A DNA stretch of 58,702 bases, counting the filler, from Sphacelaria rigidula (taxonomy: Eukaryota), in the NCBI GenBank assembly GCA_964200075.2. It is 8 parts of 8 records of this genome, joined end to end, with 100 filler letters (N's around TTAATTAATTAA, not from the genome) between each part and the next. Parts side by side here need not be neighbours in the genome. Positions count along the whole stretch, not along the records: positions 1 to 7,251 come from CAXNAA020015767.1; positions 7,352 to 14,602 come from CAXNAA020015768.1; 6 more parts are not named here. One strand, 5' to 3'. The translations under genes and the position numbers were made by a program. The stretch's first letter is position 1. Each line of letters starts with the position of its first letter. The notes below the pieces were generated by a model, which was not told the DNA's origin, did not search any database, and was given only the letters and a program-made list of their open reading frames with translations. Below are positions 1 through 11,122 of this stretch, piece by piece.

Positions 1-75
1 GAAAAGACCCTCCCCACGCCGTACCGACAAGACCGGTCATGGCCTTCGTCGGAGGACGGGGAACGGAGGAGGGTA

Positions 76-996
76 TGTTGAATCGAATTTCACATAGACA
101 ACAGTACCTTGTTACCATGAGAACAGTACGTTTTTGACAGATTCGAGTATTGGAAGGTTGAGTGTGTTTCTCGAATGTCATCATGGTAACTGAGGAGTAT
201 GAAAAGGGTGTCCACTGTGCATTTTTTGTGTGATTTTTGGTTGTTCCAAGGACGATTTGGGAACTGGGAATGATTTAGATTGATACACATGTATCTTTTT
301 GTTTTGTGCTGACTGCCGCAAATAATTGTTGAAATGGAGCATGGATAGATTACGAAGAACTGATTATATTCAGGATTTGAGCTTTCAATTGCTAAAGTAG
401 ACGAGTTTGCGACGTCTGTGCGTGGCTGGAAAGGTTTTTTCCTGACGGGATCGGGTTTTCTTTTTCAGTTCTTGGTAATATAGTGTTGGACTTATGTTCG
501 ACCGAACATGAAATATTTTCCCGTTTTTCAAAATGAGGCATTATGTATTCAAGATAAACTATCAGTCCTAGAGCCGTAAGCAGGGAGGCTAATCGATTAT
601 ACTTACGCTCGAGGATTGTAACTGAACATCTGCCTGGATGTAAGGGATATGGATATTGAGGTTGAATCATGACATACAGGGACAGTACGAATAAAAGACT
701 AGTTCTGTTATGAAGGTATACCCGATGTATTGGTTGCAGTACATATCTGATGGGGCGGCACACGCTTCGTTGCGTGGCGAAGAGATGGGATTATGACATG
801 TCATTTTGTATCAGCGTTTCCCCCAGGAATGACTACCCCACTTCGTTCAGTGTGCAGTATGCGTTCAGTGTGCGGTGTGCGTTCGGTGCGTGTGTTTTTC
901 TGGGTATGTGTGTGAGTGGACAAATATGGGTGAACTAATTTCATAAATGATATCTGGTCTCAACTGGCCATGGCAGGCCTACAACTTCCCCCGACA
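76..996 (+). repeat. Candidate 5' LTR of the Copia element
   Basis: Begins TGTTG (76; alternative start 327) and ends CGACA (996), directly before a PBS-like sequence. No second LTR is available to confirm it. Confidence 0.35.
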
Positions 997-997
997 A

Positions 998-1017
998 TGC
1001 ACCCGGTACGTGAGGCT
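998..1017 (+). promoter_or_regulatory. Possible primer-binding site (tRNA-Lys-like, imperfect)
   Basis: TGCACCCGGTACGTGAGGCT follows ...GACA and resembles the tRNA-Lys(CTT) complement TGGCGCCCAACGTGGGGCT. The match is imperfect. Confidence 0.3.
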
Positions 1018-1024
1018 TCCTATT

Positions 1025-1912
1025 AGGATCCTCGTTCCCCGGTTCAGCCATGATGAGGCAGGTTGATCAAGCCTCCCTCGACAGTGTCGTGCACAGTCCA
1101 GGGGGACGAAGCAGCAGTCGACTAATACGCTATAGAGTGTTGATGAACTCGTGCCTTCTGGAGAAAAGATGTTGTATTATTGAGACCTTGGTCCGGAGAG
1201 ACAGGTCGGGAAAGTGGAGTGAGCACGGTAGGCGAGCTCGTGTCATCTACATCCCAGAAACTCTGTAAACCGAACAACCAAAGATAGGTTCCGGAAACGT
1301 TCCGGGACCTCAGCATCGTTCTACATGGTTTCAGTAACGGAACTCGGATCAACGCACTTCCTTACGTACCAGAAAACCTCGGCTTGTTCCCGGCACCACA
1401 AATACCATGCTCGGACTGATGCAGTATCCACAAAGAGTACTCCTACATAAGCTACAGAAAGGACCGCGAAAGTTCCTTTCTGTAGCTTACGTAGGAGTGC
1501 TACTTGTGGATACTGCATCAGTCCGAGCATGGTATTTGTGGTGCCGGGAACAAGCCGAGGTTTTGTGGTACGTAAGGAAGTGCGTTGATCCGAGTTCCGT
1601 TGCTGAAACCATGTAGAACGATGCTGAGGTCCTGGAACGTTTCCGGAACCTGTCTTTGGTTGTTCGGTTTACATGGTTTCTGGGATGTAGATGACACGAG
1701 CTCGCCTACCGTGCTCACTCCACTTTCCCGACCTGTCTCTCCGGACCAAGGTCTCAATAATACAACATCTTTTCTCCAGAAGTCACGAGTTCATCAACAC
1801 GCTATAGCGTATCAGTCGACTGCTGCTTCATCCCCCTGGACTGTGCATGACACTGTCGAGGGAGGCTTAATCAACCTGCCTCATCACGGCTGAACCGGGG
1901 AACGAGGATCCT
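1025..1912. repeat. 888-bp near-perfect inverted repeat (arms 1025-1463 and 1474-1912, 10-nt loop)
   Basis: Hand alignment of the left arm against the reverse complement of the right arm: 439 bp, 17 mismatches, no indels. The ORF track shows mirror-image ORFs on both strands. Confidence 0.98.
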
Positions 1913-3200
1913 GTGGTTGACCCAGCTGAGGATGGATTGCAGGAGGTTGGTGAGAGAATGGGTTCCATAGAGACACAGTTGTCTCAGCTTACGCCTCTAG
2001 TCTCGTCGCTATTTGAGCTGCAGGGAGACAAAATGGAATCCTCTGGTTCTGTAGGTGCTGCGCCAGGAAGCGCCGGACCAGAGACTAGTACGCATCCTTC
2101 TGACGATACTACTGGAGCGACCGCGGGAGGTACGGGCGGCGATACCCAAGGCTTAGGCGTGTTCAGCGTGCGGGTTGGGAGTAGTAGTCTTGCGGACTCC
2201 GGCTTGAACCCTCATGTATCTGCTGTAAATCGTTCCTCTGTTGCTGCAGTAAACTTTGGGTCGATCGGGACTGTTGGTGGGGCTTTGGGTCAGCCCTCTG
2301 TTCCGCCCGCTCCTATTCTGTCGAGTAAGTGGTGGGAAAACGTTGGCAGTGGAAACACACTGATTCTTAGGGCTGAGATTTCTGACACAGGAGAGAAGTT
2401 GGTTAAGGGTCCTTTCAAAGTTCCCAAAGCTACTGTTCTTTTACGGTAACGACGTGTCGTATCCCTCATGGTCACAGAACTTTCTGTTGAGTGCCCGACA
2501 CAACAATCTGTATGAGGCGTTTGTTTCTGAAGCTGAGATTCTGATTGCAGACATTAGTTTCGACTTGACCCTCTCGTTGGAGAAATGATTAAGTGTGGGT
2601 GTGGTGCGTCAGACAGAGATACCTTGGTGATTTCTCTTGACTGCTTGAAGAAAGATAGTCTGAAAACCATGGCTAGGCATGCTGGTTCTCCTAGCAAGGC
2701 GTTTCGAGTGCTCAAGGATCACTTCCTACCTTTGAGCCAGAGGCAGATTCGCGTGTAGGAGGACAAACTGAAGTCGCTACGCATGCGTTCCAACGAGAAT
2801 CCCGCAACATTCTTTGCATCCATGAAAGAGACACTTAGTGTTCTACAAATGCTTGAAGTCAAGAAAGATGACGGAGAGGTGTGCAACCCGATGCTTGAGG
2901 GACTGTCGCTCGAGTACAAGACTTTGTGGAAACTCTCGCGGTGTTCTGTCCGAATGACCCATTGTTCATAGAGCCTAAAGTGCGTGAGCGGTATCTAGAC
3001 TTGCAGACCCAAGGTGGTCCGAAGAACCACAGTAGTGTTGCTCTTGTGTTTAGGGTAAAGAGGAAGAGTACCAAGAAGCTGAACAACAAGTCGAAGTCTA
3101 GCTCCGAATCTGATTCGTCCAAAAAAACAGGTGTTTCAGGGGAAGTGTTTCAAGTGTGGGGAGAGCGGTCAACTGAGGAAAGACTGGCTGGCTCGCGTGA
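1913..3200 (+). pseudogene. gag: Copia gag, disrupted
   Basis: Gag-like segment AFRVLKDHFLPLSQ...LKSLRMRSNENPATFF...MLEGLSLEYKTL and a degenerate zinc knuckle KCFKCGESGQLRKDW (about 3143-3187). Stops and frameshifts present. Confidence 0.8.
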
Positions 3201-5117
3201 TCGCTCATCCTACCCAGACGGAGAAATCTGAGGACGCAGGATGAGAACGGTGGGAAGTCTAGCTTGGTGTTGCTCTCTCAAATCAGCTTGAACAACTCGA
3301 CTGATCTGACGTGTCTGGTAGCATTTTACGATGCCATGCTGCGTGAGTGCTTGTTGAGTGATGATGCTGTTCGTTAATACTCTTCTCTTGTAAGGAAGGA
3401 TAGGTGTGTCGAAGATTGGTATGCAGACACGGGTACTGCTTTCCACATGACTGATTCTCTCTCTTGTATCTGGGATTCAAAGCCTTGTCACAAGAACGGA
3501 AAAGGGATTGGTGGCGTGACTTGTGAGGTAGCACTCTGTGGAACACTACAGTTGGTGTTTGTGACTGCTGACAGCGAGGTTTCCGTAGAGTTGGAGAACG
3601 TGTTGTACTCTCCCAACTTAGGGTATAGCCTCTTTTCTCCCAGCGCAGAGTTTGATTGCAAGTCATGGAATGGTCTTGGTGGTCCTGATGGTGTAATGAC
3701 TGCTTACGACGGACATGTTACTTTTCAGAATTCGATGGCATGCTTATTGCGACTGCGTATCGTCTGGGAAATGACTCTGTTGGTTCGGTGTTGGCTACCC
3801 TCACTCCTTCGAACCCCACGCATGAAAATAAGATGGATGTGAACGAGTTCCATAACATTTATGCTCATTCACACGAGGGATTGCTTCGTACTACTGCAAA
3901 GCGACTAGGTAGCAAGTTGACCGGTGACATGCATGCTTGTGCGGGATGGTCGATGTCGAAGGCTAGTAGGAAAGGAATTGCTCATGAAACTAAACGTAGA
4001 TCGGATAAAAGGTTGGGCAGAGTTTTTGTTGACCTGGGAGGGAGGAAGGACATTGCGTCCGTAGGGGGTAAACATTACCCCATGACTGTGAAGGGTGATT
4101 TTACAAGGCGTGCATGGATGTATTTCCTGAGAAGTAATTCAGACGCCGGGAGTGCTTTCCGAAGTTTTCTTGCTAGTGTGCGTGCTGATGGAACCCCATT
4201 GGTTGAGATAATTAGATCTGACGATAGGGGGGGGGTTCGGGGGGGAGTTTGCATCCGTGTGCAATGAGCTTTTGATCAAACAAGAGTTCACTCGGGCTTA
4301 CAGTCCCCAATATAACGGTGTTGCAGAGTGTGGATTGGGATTGATTGAGGAGGCCGCTATGGCGGTTCGTATTCAGGCGAGTTCTGTTTGGGCATGTGCA
4401 GTTACCTAAGACTGACAGACTCTGGGCTGAGGCAATGCACTGGGCTTGCGAAGGACTTAATCACACAGCGTGCTCTGCTGACCCAGGCTCTAAGTCGCCG
4501 TGTGAGATGTGGCATGGAGAAACTCGTCCTGCTAGACCGTATCCGTTTCTGACCTCGGCGTACTACAGGCGGCAGCGACCGTCTAAGCTACTACCAAAGG
4601 GTGAGAGTTGCTTTTATGTCGGTCCTTCGAGAGACCACCCGCGTGAGAGTACTTACGAAGGCTGGGACTATTCAGGAAACGAGAGATGGGACGTAGGAGG
4701 GATGTGACGTAGGAGGCGTTGCCGTCACAGCTCCCTCCACCGCAACCTCCTCTGCCGATTGAAATCGCGGAAGGGGGAGGGGAGGAAAGTGATGACGATG
4801 TAGAAGCTAAAGTGTGCCCGCTTGCGGGGAGGGGAATTCAACACATTCGCATCCGTGTGAATCGTGATGCAGTGTTACCCTCTGGTGCAGGACTCGATAA
4901 GAATCGTGAACCCTATGTTGCAGGAATCGATGAGGTTGGCAGTGTTGATGCAGGCAGTGTAGGCCAGTCCTCTTCTGTTCCATCTTCCCCCTCTGTATCG
5001 TCTTCGGTCATGAGCAACCCCTCTAGTAGAGCGGCTCCCTCTGTGTCTTCTCCAGCACTTGGGATAGATGGGGAGGGGCAGGGTGGGCAGGAGACAGGGG
5101 AAGTAGAGACGGCGGAT

Positions 5118-5230
5118 CCGGGAGGGGATGATGAGGTAGAGCCGATTGGGCCGGGAGGGGATGATGAGGTAGAGTCGATTGGGCCGTGAGGGGATGATGA
5201 TGTAGAGTCGATGGGGCCGGGAGGGCAGGA
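5118..5230 (+). repeat. 33-bp minisatellite (about 3.5 copies) in the integrase-RT linker
   Basis: Unit CCGGGAGGGGATGATGAGGTAGAG(C/T)CGATTGGG, encoding PGGDDEVE(P/S)IG. Confidence 0.85.
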
Positions 5231-6587
5231 AGTAGAGGCGGAGGCACCTCCTCCAGCCGCTCGTCGTCCGCGGCATGTCGCTGAGCTTGCTGATTTCAAT
5301 ATTGCTGCGCGTGAGAATGATGAAGTAGGAGAAGGTAGAACTCGTGCGCAAACTCATGCAGTTAATCAGCAGAGCGTGTCTGGCCTTGTGGCCACCCGAG
5401 GATCCATCTCCGCATCAGAGATAATGTATGCACTCCTAGCGGAACAGAGAGCAGGTGACGCCGTGGAGTTTCCGGAAGAACTCGTTCACGATGTTGAGTC
5501 AGAACCTGGTAGCTATCAAGAAGCCCGACAATCGAAGCACGCAAAGATTTGGGATGAAGCCATGTCTGCAGAAGTTGAAGGCTTGATAAGAGAAGGAACG
5601 TTCACGTCAGCAGTAAAGATCCCAGTAGGCTGTAATGTGATTGATGTTAGATGGGTTTTCAAATGGAAAATAGACGAAACAGGGAAGATAGTAAAGGCCA
5701 AGGCTAGGCTTGTAGCGAAGGGCTTCAAGCAGGAGTATGGTGTGAACTATCTTGAGACTTTCTCGCCTAATGCAAATGCTGCATCGATGCGATTGTTAGT
5801 AGCGTTGGCGTGCAAGTACAACTTGGAATTACTCCACCGGGATATTGAGCAAGCGTTTGTTCAGTCGGAATTGGATCACGAGGTGTCCATGAAGTTGCCT
5901 CCTGGCTGCGGTTCGATGTCAGGAAAGGTTGTCCGTTTGAAAAAGGGTTTGTACGGATTGAAGCAGGCATCTAGAATATTTTACATGAGGCTCGTGTCGG
6001 ACCTCAAACGGATTGGTTTTGAGCAGTCTCTGTCTTCCCCCTGTGTCCTTCGTTTCATGGTGGGAGACGAGGTGGTGGGTATGATCGCGATTAGCATGGA
6101 TAACATTCTGTATGCAGGAACTAACAGTCTTGCCAAGGTGGTAGTGAAAGCGCGAGGTGACTCTCTTGCTACAAGGAATTTGGGTGAGATCAAGTTCTTT
6201 CTTGGTTGCGCATTTATTCGCGACCGCGAGGCTGGCACGATTGGGATTTCTCAAGAGAGTTACATCAGGAGAGTTCTCGAGAGATTCAATATTTGTCGCA
6301 CCAGCTCGATCCCTGCTTCCTTCGCCAACGATAACAGGTCCTTGATGGAGGATGAGGTGGAAGGAGATGTGCGTTCCAAGAGGTGGTGGGGAGCCTGATG
6401 TGGATCGCCAACCAGACAAGGCCCGACATCTCGAATGCTGTGCGGGCGGTGGCGACACTCTCACGAGCAAAAGAAGAGCCACTGGAAGGCAGCTCAGGAG
6501 ATTCTGAATTATCTTCTGGAAACGGCGCATCTAACTCTGAGTTACAAGCAGGACAGTACGGTAGACGTAGGCACGTTGGTGTACGTA

Positions 6588-6697
6588 CCCGGGTGGCCAC
6601 TGGGGTGCCTGCAATCTCAAACTTGGACGTTACAGACTTTGCACAAGGTCCATAACGTCCAAATGTGAGGTTACAGGCACCCCAGTGGCCACCCGTG
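6588..6697. mobile_element. 110-bp palindromic MITE (Tc1/mariner-type, TA TSD) inserted in the Copia RNase H
   Basis: TA flanks at 6586-6587 and 6698-6699. Arms C(C/A)CGGGTGGCCACTGGGGTGCCTG... Removing the element restores the frame LVYVDANF. Confidence 0.92.
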
Positions 6698-7251
6698 TAG
6701 ATGCCAACTTTACGAACAAGGCCACTGACCGTAGATCAGTTTCGGGAGCGTTGGTTCTTGTGGCTGCCATGCTTGTAGTTTGGACTTCTAGGACGCAGAA
6801 ATGCGTTTCACAGTCGACTTGTGAAGCAGAGTATCTTGCGATGGGTGATGGTGTGAAGGAGGCTCTGTTTGTGAACGGAATACTTCAGTTCTTGAGGCCT
6901 AGCGTGAAGCCTCGTAAGGTTGAGGTACTTGAGGACAACGAAGGTGCGATTGCGCCTGCAGAGAATCCGCTCAGCTCCTGCAGGAGTAAGCACATTGACG
7001 TGAGGTACCACTTTCTTAGGAATTTGATCGAGGGAGGTGTGATCGAGATCACGCATGTTCCCAGCGAAGAACAGCATGCGACTAATGCCGAGATGCCCCC
7101 CCCATAAAACGTGCCACGCAGACCGTCCCACAAACCGGCTGCTATCCCACTATTGGGCTCGTTTGCAGCAATTTCGCCCACATGAGAGGCGTGTAGCAGT
7201 CCGAAATCAGATATGACACCCAAATGAGTCGCGTCGTGCAGCACGACACCA

Positions 7252-7351
7252 NNNNNNNNNNNNNNNNNNNNNNNNNNNNNNNNNNNNNNNNNNNNTTAAT
7301 TAATTAANNNNNNNNNNNNNNNNNNNNNNNNNNNNNNNNNNNNNNNNNNNN
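7252..7351. other. Artificial contig linker (N44-TTAATTAATTAA-N44). Identical linkers at 14603-14702, 21953-22052, 29303-29402, 36653-36752, 44003-44102 and 51353-51452
   Basis: Seen directly: all seven gaps are 100 nt with a six-frame stop spacer. The contigs between them are 7251, 7251, then 7250 bp six times. Confidence 0.97.
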
Positions 7352-7900
7352 AGCGACTATCCTCTCGTTTCGACGTCTCTACATTTGCCTCTGCCCACGC
7401 GTTGATTTCTTTTTCGAATACCTTGTCGAACTCCGTGGTTGTTTCTGGTGTTCCTAGTTTACGGTAATGTTCCACTAGCATTTATTTCTACCTTCCCCTT
7501 CGAACTACCGACCATTTTACCGTTCTGTGCCCGGAGTGTAGCTTTTCCCTTGTCCATCTTTCCTGCCTGGTTTCTCGTTATCCATTTTATCCCTGCCCAC
7601 AGTTGTATCATCCCGCCGTCGAAATCTTCATTTATTTGTTGTTTTCAGTACACCTTCCCGAACTTCCTTCTTTTTCTACTGTACCATCTTTTTTACTTCC
7701 GAGCTTTAGTATACCCCTCCCATCCTAGCGTACTCTTGCTCGACATCCACCTCGCGTGGGCCTCTCTCCTTACTCTGATAGCCTCGTTTACTTCCTCACC
7801 CTACCATTTTACTGCTCTGTTGCATATATATGATCAGTTTCTCCCTTACGACTTTACTCGCTGTTCTTGACCAGCTGCTCCCATCCTTCTACAATCTTCA
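7352..7900 (-). mobile_element. Degenerate LINE ORF2 fragment (region between endonuclease and RT)
   Basis: Minus-strand peptides WEQLVKN...KW*GEEVNEAIRVRREAHARW...LRAQNGKMVGSSKGK...EHYRKLGTP resemble the LINE ORF2 linker. Frameshifted. Confidence 0.7.
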
Positions 7901-8559
7901 CTCCTGCCCGATTCCTTTCCATTTCGGTATCAACCCATGAACGCACCCCTGACCCCCGTTGCTTCTCTTTTTCAGCCGGTGTTTCTGCTTCGTTTACCTT
8001 GAGGACGTCTACATTGTGACCACGGCTTGATCCATCGGGGATCAACTGATGCGCAATCACTAATAAATGAACCATTCCTATTCGTCTTCCTCCCCGGAAA
8101 TATATGTAGTTTCTGGGTCATCACGTCACCGCATTTGTCTTTTCTCATCCACCATCTCGCTCAACAGTTGGCGTCATCATGATGATATTCATCGATATTT
8201 TACGCTCGATTTTGTCAACGTGTGAACTCGCATCTAGAGGCGCAGTTTAAATCAATTTGTTCGAGTAAGTCATCCTAACCTCCCAAAACACCGCTTGACA
8301 ATGCATGGGGAAGGCGTTGCATGAAGTGGCAGACAACTTGCCAAAAACCGAGCAACTTGTTATTCTGTGGGCGTAGATGTTCACCTCATGTTCGGAACAT
8401 CGCGCACTGGTGTGAACAAACGTATCGCGTTCTGTATTGTCGTACACGTAGAATGAGGTTCACCAATGTATTTGCGGTATGTATCCCCGGGCGAATCTGA
8501 CGGGCGATCTGAAGAAAAGCAATGAACCTGATCTTCGCCAACACACTCTGCTCTTCAGG

Positions 8560-9260
8560 TGACGCACCTTCAGCCCACTTCTGATTTACTTGATGTCCAT
8601 CGGCACCAGCGCGCTGCCCTCCACCGGCGCAGGTAGTGTGAACGCCCCGTAATCCGAGGCTTCGTGGGTTATCTTTCACCATACTCTGGAATCATCATGC
8701 TCTCAATCCACGCGCTACACTCAAAAACGACTCAGGTTTCCGAATAAACGAACGAAACAGCGGAGCATCTCCGAAATTATTGCGACATTCCGGAACCCAT
8801 AACACATATATTTCGACGACCTGAACACCAAGGAGAGTTTCCTATACGATAATATCCTGGCCATGGAACAAATAAGGGAATATACTGATTTCATCATTTT
8901 CCATCGGTATTCCACCAAGCTCTCCACACGGGTCGATACACACGTACGCACTGCTTCGCGCTGCTGTAGTGCAGCATGGCTACATCGACGCCACACGGCA
9001 CGAAACGTAAAACTACATGATAGTGTGCCAACACGTTGATGCCAAGCGACACCATACACGTGAGTAGACCCAGCTCATACCCCAAGCGACCCTCGCTGTT
9101 GTACTGCGGCACATATCATCCTGGCGCTATTGCTCGCTCGTGGGATGTATGGCCAGCGGTCCCTGACCGCTACAATGATGCGTGTAAGACACAGAAAACA
9201 CATCGCTGAACCGCCCTTCACCACAAACATCACGTAGACCATGACTACCACACCGAGACT
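8560..9260 (-). pseudogene. Possible tyrosine-recombinase relic (DIRS/Crypton-like)
   Basis: Ordered motifs across shifting frames: GRFSD (9202-9216), APLFRS (about 8760) and HYLRR-GG (8617-8638), resembling RxSE/D...PLF...HSLRxGG. Confidence 0.35.
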
Positions 9261-11122
9261 TGCGAAGCACGCTCCTCCCCCTTCCCGTACCCCTGCATCG
9301 CGCAGCACAACAATGCAGAAAAGCAAAACGCAACTTCAGAGCAAGTGCGGGTTTATCTCCCAACTAGCAAGCATTTCCCCCATATTGCAAGTAACCCCCT
9401 AAATATTGCGATCGTGGATGATTGGCAGAACGTGCACGTATTTTTTGCAATCGTTACTGAATGAGCATCGATCAATATAAAAAAATCAAGTCACAGGCGT
9501 TACCCTGGTATGAGTGGATTCAACACGACTACTTTCGCAACCAAATGAGAGAATAGGGTGCAGCATGCATTTCTCTCTCGCGAAATCTACCATCTTCCAC
9601 GGTCCGCATGGGACCCGGTTGAGGTCAATTCCACTCTTGAAGAATGTTCACGTGTTGTATTTATCCACATTGCTGCACCCCAAACATATTTTTTCATGTA
9701 ATGACACTGTCCTGGCTTGTGGCTCGATGCATTGCCTCTATGTATGTACTTCCATCCATTTTCATCAGGAGCCTAACAAACTGGTGTCGCCTGCAGTCTT
9801 AACTGAAGAATGCAATCAGAGCCAATACCTTTACATTCCAAGAATAGAACCAACGAGTAGGCACCGCCATATTTTTCACCATTGATTTGTTGGCTTCCTT
9901 TCATAGTCGGTTTTTCATCTGTAGAGCTTTTTCATACCACCGCTCTTTATCTGTGGTTAGTGCGGCAACAGTGCTACGATATGTTAGAACAACGCCTCTT
10001 TTCAACGCACGTATGCTCCAACGAAAAAAACTAAGAAACTAAAAAAGACGAACAAAAATACCCTAAGAAGATCAGATTTGGAACGAGGACGAAGACGACA
10101 AAGTTTACAACTGTGCCACCTGCCTCCAAACATTCCTCCTAAACAATAACTCACTTGCCCGACTACCAAGAGCTGTACATACACTGCAGTTGATGCGTTT
10201 CATATGCCAACCACACAATTACGCCGCCATTCAGAACGCATAAACCACAGGAGAACCACTGATGCAGTCACTATGCAAACCAACAGCACCCAAGAGGAGC
10301 AAACATTTCGCAGCGCTCCCTCGGTGCTAATCCCTTTCCAAAAGGGAACAGCCGCGACATAACTAGCACATCATACGCAAAATAAACTCTAATAACTACT
10401 TCTTTACTTTCCTAGGCTTATTTTTGAAAAAACTTGCTTGTCTCAACATTGTATTTGCTCTACTGTAGTCAGTCGCTCTTCCCCTATGCCCCGTCTGCTC
10501 CCGAGACGGTCAAGGTGACACCAAACACCGACTGCATGACGCAGCAGTAATCACGTGTGGCCACTCTGCGCCGCTCCAGCATCAGCTCTCCGTAAGAACC
10601 TGGCTTCTCTGGCGCTGATCTCCTCTCGCCGCTGACTGCCGTTCGCAAAACCCGCGTCCTGTCGAATTTGTGTTTTTCGTAACTCACAGCGTTGGTATAC
10701 ATTACCTCAAAACAGTAAATATTCTTCTACAATCGCCAGAGCATCATGAATCACAGCGCACTTTTTGTTTTGGGAACTTTCTATGAGATGAACGACAGCA
10801 CACTACTCGTATTTATTCCTTTTTCATCATCGAATCTCCTTGATTCTCCGTTTCGCCTTCAGCCTCTCTCTCTCTGTTGGCCATACTCACTTCTGCGTTG
10901 CTCTCTCTCGCTCCATGCCTGTGGCTCATGTCTCCATCTCCACACAAAAACCCAGTTCGCTCTTTCTCTGCGTCTACCATTGCCATCACTCAATCACTGC
11001 CCTTGAGCACGATGTTAACTTTTTTTCGCCCTCTCTCGGGTTCTGTGGTGCTAGTACAGTGTTGACAATTCCCCCCCTACGAGGCCAGCTTTCCATCTCG
11101 GGCGTAAAAACACGAAAAATTC

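Larger units (their letters stand above)
76..7080 (+). mobile_element. Degenerate Ty1/Copia LTR retrotransposon, 3'-truncated, no 3' LTR in the contig
   Basis: The domain order gag-protease-integrase-RT-RNaseH is diagnostic of Copia. Many stops and frameshifts. The 5' boundary is uncertain. Confidence 0.93.
3417..7080 (+). pseudogene. pol: Copia pol (protease, integrase, RT, RNase H), disrupted
   Basis: Protease WYADTGTAFHMT. Integrase RVFVDLGG...IIRSD...SPQYNGVAE. RT RWVFKWK...KARLVAKGFKQ...LYGLKQASR with YVDD decayed to SMDN. RNase H YVDANF...DRRSVSG...STCEAEY...SKHIDVRYHFLR. Confidence 0.95.

Noticed and set aside
1050-1893. Mirror-image ORFs on both strands (for example MIRVPLLKPC..., MLGLMQYPQ...)
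   Set aside because: By-products of the palindrome. Stops differ between arms and there is no recognisable domain.
5118-5230. CRISPR-like periodic repeat
   Set aside because: Head-to-tail minisatellite without unique spacers, inside a eukaryotic pol gene, and no cas genes.
7081-7251. Minus-strand peptide THLGVISDF...FYGGGISALVA, reminiscent of a DIRS-type RT, where the Copia element breaks off
   Set aside because: Too short and motif-poor to call without a profile search.
7296-7307. Recurrent TTAATTAATTAA motif
   Set aside because: Synthetic linker inside the N gaps, not biological.
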